NCBI GenBank assembly: GCA_964360985.1
Contig: CAYHYK010000020.1
Span: 1 to 12,397 of the forward strand
Reading direction: 5' to 3'
Origin: Candidatus Woesearchaeota archaeon
Lineage (GTDB): Archaea; Nanobdellota; Nanobdellia; Pacearchaeales; GW2011-AR1
Length of the DNA: 12,397 nt
Shown here: one piece after another, positions 6,159-11,779 of the stretch
Layout of the letters: every line of letters starts with the position of its first letter
Numbering within the stretch: the stretch's first letter is position 1
Position numbers and translations under genes: made by a program
Notes under the pieces: model-generated
The model's database searches: none
What the model saw: only the letters and a program-made list of their open reading frames with translations
Told to the model about the DNA's origin: nothing

Positions 6159-7437
6159 TTAAACCCCTCCCAATACCCTCATAATATATGCTGGAGTTGA
6201 TTTGATTTAATTTTATACAGTTTTTTCCATCGATAAGGATTTTAACATTTTTCCAGTTCTTTATTGAAAGGAATTCTGCGTGGTTTGTTGCTATAATTAC
6301 ACCTACACAATTGTTTAATACGTCATTTAGCTTAGCATCAGAGTGACCATTAACATGAGGATCATGACAGATAACTTTAGCACCTAACTTAATTAATTCT
6401 TCTTTTATTTCAAGAGCTGGACTTTCCCTCATATCTCCAATATTGGCTTTATATGAAAGACCTAATATTCCTACTTTTGCGCCTTTCATTTTTATTCCTC
6501 TCTTGGAAAGGGCTGCAACTAATTTGTTTACAGTATATTTAGGCATTGAATTGTTAACTGATCTTGCTATTTTGAGGAATTTATGATTGAATCCAAGTTG
6601 TCTTGCTTTTTCTATTAAATAATAAGGATCTACTGGGATACAATGTCCTCCAACTCCGCATCCAGGATAGTGAGGCATGAAAGCGAAAGGTTTTGTTGAT
6701 GCTCCTCTTATTACTTCCATTATATCTATTCCGAAAAGATCGAAAAATTGAGCTAATTCATTAACGTAGGCTATGTTTATGTCTCTAAAAGTATTTTCAA
6801 CTATTTTTGTTGCTTCAGCAGCTTTCAGAGTTGAAACTTCATTGATATTTGCTTTAATGAATGAACGATAAAAATCAGCTGCTAATTTTGTTCCTTTTTT
6901 AGTTATTCCACCAATATTTCTAGGGATATTATAAACATTCCAGTTTTCATCTCCAGGGTTAATTCTTTCTGGACAATGTATTAATTCAAAGTCTTTTCCG
7001 CCTTTTAGACCTGTTTTTTCCAAAATAGGAAGCATAACTTCTTCTGATACACCAGGATTAACAGTGGATTCTAAAATTATAAATTGCCCTTTTCTAAGAT
7101 TTTTGGCAATTGATTCTGTTGCTTTAATTACTGGTGTTAGATCTGGTCTTTTTTTATGATTGACTGGAGTAGGTACACAGATTATAATAAATTTCATATC
7201 TTTTAGTATGGTGGAGTCGGTTGTGGCATTAATTTTAACTTCTTTTATATCTTTTGAAGCTTGTGCATCTTCAACTGGAGAAATTTTATTTTTTATTAAA
7301 TTTATCTTTTTTTCGTCTATATCAAGACCGAAAACATTATAATTTTTATTTCTTGCAATTGCACATGCTAGCGGGAAACCCACATAGCCCATTCCTATAA
7401 CTGCAACATTTGATTTGATTTGACTTTTGTTCATCAT
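6142..7437 (-). CDS. Nucleotide-sugar 6-dehydrogenase (UDP-glucose/GDP-mannose dehydrogenase family; motifs favour the UDP-N-acetylhexosamine WbpA/TviB/Cap5O-type clade)
   Basis: Rossmann start VAVIGMGYVGFPLA. Also ILESTVNPGVSEE, HCPERINPGD, the catalytic-Cys segment PGCGVGGHCIPVDPYYL, and the C-terminal UDP-binding-domain pattern VGILGLSYKANIGDMRESPAL. The start is either of two tandem ATGs (7437 or 7434). Confidence 0.9.
   Translation of the reverse strand: MMNKSQIKSNVAVIGMGYVGFPLACAIARNKNYNVFGLDIDEKKINLIKNKISPVEDAQASKDIKEVKINATTDSTILKDMKFIIICVPTPVNHKKRPDLTPVIKATESIAKNLRKGQFIILESTVNPGVSEEVMLPILEKTGLKGGKDFELIHCPERINPGDENWNVYNIPRNIGGITKKGTKLAADFYRSFIKANINEVSTLKAAEATKIVENTFRDINIAYVNELAQFFDLFGIDIMEVIRGASTKPFAFMPHYPGCGVGGHCIPVDPYYLIEKARQLGFNHKFLKIARSVNNSMPKYTVNKLVAALSKRGIKMKGAKVGILGLSYKANIGDMRESPALEIKEELIKLGAKVICHDPHVNGHSDAKLNDVLNNCVGVIIATNHAEFLSIKNWKNVKILIDGKNCIKLNQINSSIYYEGIGRGLNAITN
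6164..6171 (-). promoter_or_regulatory. Strong Shine-Dalgarno GGGAGGGG for the GT2 gene, embedded in the last codons of the dehydrogenase
   Basis: The minus strand reads GGGAGGGGTTTAAATG, with a 5-nt spacer to the ATG at 6158. The dehydrogenase continues 17 nt past this ATG, so translational coupling is likely. Confidence 0.6.
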
Positions 7438-7455
7438 TCTTCAGTAATAACTTTG

Positions 7456-7463
7456 TTTATAAA
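7456..7463 (-). promoter_or_regulatory. Archaeal TATA box (minus strand AGAAAGATTTATAAAC, purine-rich BRE-like 5' flank) for the dehydrogenase-synthase-deacetylase operon
   Basis: The TATA ends 19-22 nt before the tandem ATGs at 7437/7434, which fits a leaderless first gene of the operon. Confidence 0.45.
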
Positions 7464-7531
7464 TCTTTCTATTTTGTAACTACTGTAGAGATACATTATA
7501 TTTTTGAAATATATAATTAGGACGAGATAAA

Positions 7532-7539
7532 TTTATATT
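7532..7539 (+). promoter_or_regulatory. Archaeal TATA box (TTTATATT) for msrA
   Basis: It ends 22 nt before the ATG at 7561, with no Shine-Dalgarno in between. This is the same leaderless spacing seen at the other first genes in the window. Confidence 0.45.
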
Positions 7540-7560
7540 GGCTTTATTTTTATTTATTAT

Positions 7561-8046
7561 ATGAAAGAGGAAAAAGCTTGCTTTGGAGCAGGTTGTTTTT
7601 GGGGAGTTGAACTTCTATTCTCTAAAACAGAGGGAGTTATATCTGCTACATCTGGATACATGGGAGGGGATGAAAAAAAATATCCTAATCCTAGTTACGA
7701 GGAAGTTTGCAGTGATGAAACAGGGTATGCTGAAGTGGTGGAAGTAAAATTTAACTCTGAAAAAATTAAATATAAAGAATTAGTTAAACTATTCTTTGAA
7801 AATCATAATCCTACTACACTTAATAGACAGGGACCAGATTATGGAAGTCAATATAGATCGACCATATTTTATTATGATGAAAGCCAAAAACATATTGCTG
7901 AAAAAATGAAGAAAGAATATCAGGATATGATTGGAAAAGAAAGAACCATTTATACACAAATTGTTCCTGCAGTGACTTTCTTCCGTGCTGAAGAATATCA
8001 CCAGAAATATTTAGAAAAGAAAGGAATTATGAGTTGTCATATTTAG
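7561..8046 (+). CDS. msrA: Peptide-methionine (S)-S-oxide reductase MsrA
   Basis: N-terminal catalytic motif FGAGCFWGVE, followed by GY.GG....PSYEEVCS..TGYAEVV.V.F, HNPTTLNRQGPD.G.QYRS and AEEYHQKYL. Full-length minimal MsrA of 161 aa. Confidence 0.95.
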   Translation: MKEEKACFGAGCFWGVELLFSKTEGVISATSGYMGGDEKKYPNPSYEEVCSDETGYAEVVEVKFNSEKIKYKELVKLFFENHNPTTLNRQGPDYGSQYRSTIFYYDESQKHIAEKMKKEYQDMIGKERTIYTQIVPAVTFFRAEEYHQKYLEKKGIMSCHI

Positions 8047-8052
8047 TTTTTT
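8047..8052 (+). terminator. T6 tract directly after the msrA stop codon
   Basis: TAGTTTTTTAG: the T6 run fills the 4-nt gap to the convergent TrmB gene and overlaps its stop codon (TAA, 8053-8051 on the minus strand). Confidence 0.4.
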
Positions 8053-8785
8053 AGTCTTTTCCAACTTTGTCCCAGAGGTATTGAAAGTATCTTCTATAGT
8101 TCTCTGCGAGCTCTTTACTTTCTATCACAAATACAAATAGATTCTCTCCAAATAAAAACTGTGCTACTTTATACCCGTAAATTACTGTAACTGTTGGATT
8201 GCCTGAAAATTCAAGAGGTAATATTTTAACAGATCCTATATTTTTTATAAGCTTATCTCTCATCTCATGTCTAAAAAGATGATAAGATTTTATATTGTTT
8301 TTAATTCTCCTTTTATTCCAGCTTGCAAAAAATGCTGGAAACTTGGTAGGTACATAATTTCCAGATCCTATCCACCTTGCTTCTCTATAATTAAGCATGT
8401 CTTCCCAGACAGCCTTTATTCCTTCTGCACCTCTAAAAGTTTCTGAAGTTATTTCGATCTTTTTAGTGCTAAATTTTTCTATAAGTTTAGGTAGAATAAT
8501 TTCTACTTCTTCACCAATATTTACGAGATCTTTCTTCTTTTCTTCTATATATCCTATTATTTTACTAGGGTGTGTTACATTAAATCTTCTTTTCTTGTTT
8601 TCTTGAGTATAGTTAACAAGTCCTTTCTCTATTAATTTATTTAATATATCGTAAATGTTCCTTCTTTCCATACCAATCTTTTCATGTATTTTATTAACCT
8701 GGGAATTTCCTAATTCAAGGAGAGCAGAATAAATTTTTATTTCTCCTTCGGAAAGACCAATTTTTCTTAAGAGTGAGATGTCCAT
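8051..8785 (-). CDS. TrmB-family transcriptional regulator (winged helix-turn-helix)
   Basis: The N-terminus LRKIGLSEGEIKIYSALLELGNSQVNKIHEKIGMERRNIYDILNKLIEKGLV is the typical TrmB wHTH. A helical linker and a short C-terminal effector-like domain follow. 244 aa. Confidence 0.85.
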   Translation of the reverse strand: MDISLLRKIGLSEGEIKIYSALLELGNSQVNKIHEKIGMERRNIYDILNKLIEKGLVNYTQENKKRRFNVTHPSKIIGYIEEKKKDLVNIGEEVEIILPKLIEKFSTKKIEITSETFRGAEGIKAVWEDMLNYREARWIGSGNYVPTKFPAFFASWNKRRIKNNIKSYHLFRHEMRDKLIKNIGSVKILPLEFSGNPTVTVIYGYKVAQFLFGENLFVFVIESKELAENYRRYFQYLWDKVGKD

Positions 8786-8805
8786 AATATTTTATAAATT
8801 TTTGG

Positions 8806-8817
8806 CTATATATATTT
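8806..8817. promoter_or_regulatory. Near-palindromic TATA element (CTATATATATTT) in the divergent TrmB / beta-barrel intergenic region; possible bidirectional promoter core
   Basis: Read on the minus strand (AAATATATATAG) it ends about 22 nt before the TrmB ATG at 8785, which is the leaderless spacing. Read on the plus strand it would place a start site near 8838-8841. Confidence 0.35.
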
Positions 8818-8872
8818 ATGGTATTGTATTAGTACCACAAATGTTTAAGTACGATTCTAATTGGAAAAACCA

Positions 8873-9685
8873 ATGAACTTACAAAATAGAATAAAGAAAT
8901 TTATCTTCGGATCTGCCTTAGTCTTGGCTCTCATTCCTGGCAAGATAGAAAGCGATGATATTTACAAGGGAGTAAGAGGACCTACGAATTGGCAGGCTGA
9001 TCTAAGAGTAGGATATACAGAAAGAGAAGATCAAAAAGGCAACTTCACAAAAACATTCTCAAATAATGAGGTTTTGAAGTATTGGAACGGTGAAGATATA
9101 GGAATATTTGGCTTTGTCAATGTTCCAGCATATAAATCAATTGAAACAAACAATTCTAAAAGTGAAGGTTTTGGAGATTTAACTATTGGTTTAGGTCCTA
9201 GAGCTAAATTTGATTCTGAGAAACTAGGCTCCATTCACTTTATTTCTTACGCAGGAGTTAGTTTACCCACTGGAGATGAAAAGAAAACTCCTCCACTAGG
9301 GAATGATAGAATAGACTTTAGGAGTGGAATATTTGCCACATATTTAACTCCTGATAAAGGTATAGAAACAGACTTTTCTTTTGAACATAGTCTAGCAGGA
9401 ACTAATAGTAAAGGTGTTAGAGGACTAGACGAAATGTCTACTGGATTAATTGTAGGAACAAAATTGACGGATAATAATTTGTTTAGAATTGGTTTAGGGT
9501 TGACTTCTAGATTGAGAGAAAATGCAGAAAGTAAATTTGACTATTCATATGGATCTAGAGCGGTACTAAGAGTAACCCCTCCAAAAACAAACTGGCATGT
9601 TGAATTAATAGGAGACTATGATCTGGAAAGTAAAAATCTTCCTGAAGGTTTTGGAGCTAGTTTACAATTAAGAATTAACTTTTAG
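8873..9685 (+). CDS. Signal-peptide protein resembling a 12-stranded outer-membrane beta-barrel (MetA-pathway/'transporter' PF13557-like)
   Basis: I prefer the ATG at 8873 (MNLQNRIKKFIFGSALVLALIPG signal peptide); the ORF track starts at the TTG at 8861. About 12 amphipathic alternating segments, for example ADLRVGYTE, IGIFGFVNV, FGDLTIGLG, IHFISYAGV, FRSGIFATY, TDFSFEHS, GLIVGTKL, FRIGLGLTS, RAVLRVT, HVELIGDY. The C-terminal GFGASLQLRINF ends in Phe, as in a bacterial OMP beta-signal. The fold call is from pattern only. Confidence 0.55.
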   Translation: MNLQNRIKKFIFGSALVLALIPGKIESDDIYKGVRGPTNWQADLRVGYTEREDQKGNFTKTFSNNEVLKYWNGEDIGIFGFVNVPAYKSIETNNSKSEGFGDLTIGLGPRAKFDSEKLGSIHFISYAGVSLPTGDEKKTPPLGNDRIDFRSGIFATYLTPDKGIETDFSFEHSLAGTNSKGVRGLDEMSTGLIVGTKLTDNNLFRIGLGLTSRLRENAESKFDYSYGSRAVLRVTPPKTNWHVELIGDYDLESKNLPEGFGASLQLRINF

Positions 9686-10582
9686 ATTCTTATTCCTATT
9701 TAGTATCATTTTAGTATAAATTTCTTTTTTATATTTATTAAGGCAGTCAATAGAACAACATCCTTTATTTTTATCTTCGCATTCTGGACAGATATTGATG
9801 AGTAGATTACATTTTACATTGTTACAATTTTTGTATAGATCACATTCTTTTTTACAACAAACGCAATTAGTTATTTTTTTACTCTTTGAATCTACATTAG
9901 ATAATAGTCTTTCATCGAATACAAAACATTTTCCTTCCCAGATAGTATTTGGTAATTCTTGACAGAAAGTTATAATTCCACCTTCTAGCTGAGAAACATC
10001 TTTGAAACCTTCCTCTATAAGATATGCTGATGCTTTCTCACATCTTATTCCGCCAGTACAATACATAACTATTTTTTTATCTTTTTTATTTTTTAGCATC
10101 TTGGCAACTTTTGGGAATTCTCTAAAAGAACTTATTTTTGGAGTAACTGCATTTTTGAATTTACCAATTTTAGATTCGTAATCATTTCTGGCATCTAAGA
10201 CAATCATATCTTCTTTGTTTTTGTATAACTCTAGAAATTCTTTTGGAGAGAGATATTTTCCTTTATTTTTCATATTTACCTCTTTATCCAACCTTATTAT
10301 TTCTTTTTTTACTTTTACCATTAATTTCTTAAATGGATGAAAAGTACCTATTTCTTCTTTGAATACCATATCCGAGAAAGAAGGGTAACTTCTAAGAATT
10401 TTTTTATATTTATCAGTTTGTTTTTTAGTGCCTGAGACAGAACCATTAATTCCTTCTTTAGCTAATAGGATTTTTCCTAAAACTCCTATGTTTTTACATT
10501 CTTCTAAATGTCCTAAAGCTAATTTTTCTGGACTTGCGATATTTACAAATTTGTAATATAATAATATATGAATTTTTTCCAT
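9668..10582 (-). CDS. trhO: tRNA uridine(34) hydroxylase TrhO (YceA/UPF0176 rhodanese-domain protein)
   Basis: N-terminal YKF....P, [11 protein letters not shown], and the rhodanese active-site stretch [22 protein letters not shown] (near-identical to recalled E. coli YceA [21 protein letters not shown]). Also [10 protein letters not shown] and the Cys-rich tail C..C...C....NC.N..C.LL...C..C.....GCCS..C, which is also collinear with YceA. Confidence 0.93.
   Translation of the reverse strand: [304 protein letters not shown]
9725..9730 (+). terminator. T6 tract about 40 nt downstream of the beta-barrel gene stop, inside the convergent trhO coding region
   Basis: TTTCTTTTTTATATTTATT on the plus strand. 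The two convergent genes overlap, so there is no intergenic space and any terminator must lie within trhO. Confidence 0.3.
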
Positions 10583-10603
10583 AATTATTCATTGATGCTT
10601 GCC

Positions 10604-10610
10604 TTATAAA
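10604..10610 (-). promoter_or_regulatory. Archaeal TATA box (minus strand AATATTTATAAGG) for trhO
   Basis: It ends 22 nt before the ATG at 10582 with no SD motif in between, which is the leaderless spacing. Confidence 0.45.
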
Positions 10611-10681
10611 TATTATTCTGACTGCTATAAGTAGAAAAGACGCTTGATAGAAGTAGAACTAAGAAAACTTAGTGCTTTGAT

Positions 10682-10699
10682 ATAAATAAAAAATTAAAA
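10682..10699 (-). terminator. Oligo-T terminator region of the ribosomal stalk operon
   Basis: The minus strand immediately after the P1 TAA reads TTTTAATTTTTTATTTAT (a T4 and a T6). Confidence 0.5.
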
Positions 10700-10981
10700 T
10701 TAACCAAACAAAGCACTTAAACCAGCTGCAGATTCTGAAGGCTTTTCTTCTTTCTTTTCTTCCTTCTTCTCTGGAGCGCTAGACGCGGCAGGTGCTGCGG
10801 CAACTGCACTTGCATTTGCCAATTCAGATGCTATATCTACGCCTTGCAGGCTTGCAATCAATACTTTTACCTTTGCTTCGTCAACTTCAACGCCAGTAGC
10901 ATGAATCACTTTTTTTAGGTGTGCTTCATTTACAGGTTGTCCAAGCTTATGTAGCAATAAGGCTCCGTAGATGTATTCCAT
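10700..10981 (-). CDS. rpl12: 50S ribosomal stalk protein P1 (archaeal L12)
   Basis: [11 protein letters not shown]... N-terminal dimerisation domain, an Ala-rich hinge, and the [23 protein letters not shown] acidic/hydrophobic tail diagnostic of archaeal/eukaryotic P-proteins. GGAGG sits 10 nt upstream. Its ATG overlaps the P0 stop (TAATG). Confidence 0.95.
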   Translation of the reverse strand: MEYIYGALLLHKLGQPVNEAHLKKVIHATGVEVDEAKVKVLIASLQGVDIASELANASAVAAAPAASSAPEKKEEKKEEKPSESAAGLSALFG

Positions 10982-11778
10982 TATTGTGTTTCCTCCTTAT
11001 GATTTTTGTTAATGAGACTTTCAATAGCTTTTTCTTCTGCATTGGCTTTTGCGAAAATATAAGAGATTGTTTCTTTACATACATATCCTATTTTTGCTGC
11101 AAAACCTAAAGATTTTCCTATTGCTGACCTTAATTCTTCAAAGGCAGACTTCTTATCTATTACAATATTAGCATAAACTTGGTCTGAAACTGAATCGTAA
11201 GCTGCAACCGGTATAAAACCTACTTTCATAGGGAAAATATTAAGTTTACTTAAAACTGAGGCAACATTTTCTTTAATTGGTTCTCCCTTTTTTGCTACAA
11301 CTACAGATTGTTTTATCGCTAGTTTTCCACCTTCTACTGCTACTTTAAGTCCGACTGAAGATAACTCTGAAATTGCTGGACCTGGAATAAGATCTGTTGG
11401 TCCAGGTTCTACTGTAATATCTTCAAAAGGGATATCTCCTGTTTTTGCTTTAGTAGGTGATTGATTGTCTGCTAAAATACCTGATAATTCAAAAGCATCT
11501 AGATCTGAGAAGAAAAGGGCGATATCTGCAGTAATATACTCTTTAATATTCTGTAATGCTCCTTTTTCGGTGGATGAAATTGCCCTTAGTATTAATGATT
11601 TCTTTGCAACTCTAATATCTACTTTTCCTCTTAGATTCTTTTTTATTGAATGAAATTGAGATGAAGGAAGGTTTTTTGTTGATACTATTAAAAGAGTTTT
11701 ACTATGTTTTATTTTATCTACTAAAGAACTAACAATTTTCTTTTTATCTGTTAAATTTGCAGTAACTAACTTTGACAT
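10981..11778 (-). CDS. rpl10: 50S ribosomal protein uL10 (P0), unusually short form lacking the conserved C-terminal stalk tail
   Basis: It sits between uL1 and P1. The N-terminal uL10 domain carries LVDKIK..KTLLIVS..NLPS.QF..IKK.LRG...IRV.KKSL. An inserted domain II is present ([21 protein letters not shown]...[12 protein letters not shown]). The protein ends ...[36 protein letters not shown] at 265 aa. Confidence 0.9.
   Translation of the reverse strand: MSKLVTANLTDKKKIVSSLVDKIKHSKTLLIVSTKNLPSSQFHSIKKNLRGKVDIRVAKKSLILRAISSTEKGALQNIKEYITADIALFFSDLDAFELSGILADNQSPTKAKTGDIPFEDITVEPGPTDLIPGPAISELSSVGLKVAVEGGKLAIKQSVVVAKKGEPIKENVASVLSKLNIFPMKVGFIPVAAYDSVSDQVYANIVIDKKSAFEELRSAIGKSLGFAAKIGYVCKETISYIFAKANAEEKAIESLINKNHKEETQ
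10992..10996 (-). promoter_or_regulatory. Shine-Dalgarno GGAGG for rpl12 (P1)
   Basis: The minus strand reads AAGGAGGAAACACAATAATG. Confidence 0.6.
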
Positions 11779-11779
11779 T

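Noticed and set aside
7160-7342. Plus-strand 60-aa ORF inside the dehydrogenase gene
   Set aside because: Antisense shadow ORF; the opposite strand carries an unambiguous Rossmann-fold dehydrogenase.
7497-7513. 17-nt AT-only palindrome TATATTT-TTG-AAATATA (and CTACTGTAG at 7480-7488) between the divergent dehydrogenase and msrA promoters
   Set aside because: Seven-bp A/T-only inverted repeats are expected by chance in a 123-nt spacer that is nearly pure A/T. I cannot separate this from background without genome-wide statistics.
7789-9234. Antisense ORFs 7789-8001 (in msrA), 8397-8606 (in the TrmB gene) and 9031-9234 (in the beta-barrel gene)
   Set aside because: Each lies fully within, and opposite to, a better-supported longer CDS. 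Their compositions are typical of shadow frames.
10583-10699. Possible C/D-box sRNA or other ncRNA in the 117-nt spacer (TGATGC at 10593-10598, CTGA at 10618-10621, TGATAGA at 10645-10651)
   Set aside because: The box sequences are imperfect, the C-to-D' spacing (19 nt) is too long, no terminal D box (CTGA) follows the C'-like box, and there is no terminal stem. The spacer is better explained as terminator plus trhO promoter.
10921-11653. Plus-strand ORFs 10921-11109 and 11465-11653 across the ribosomal protein genes
   Set aside because: They are antisense to highly conserved ribosomal protein genes, so they are spurious.
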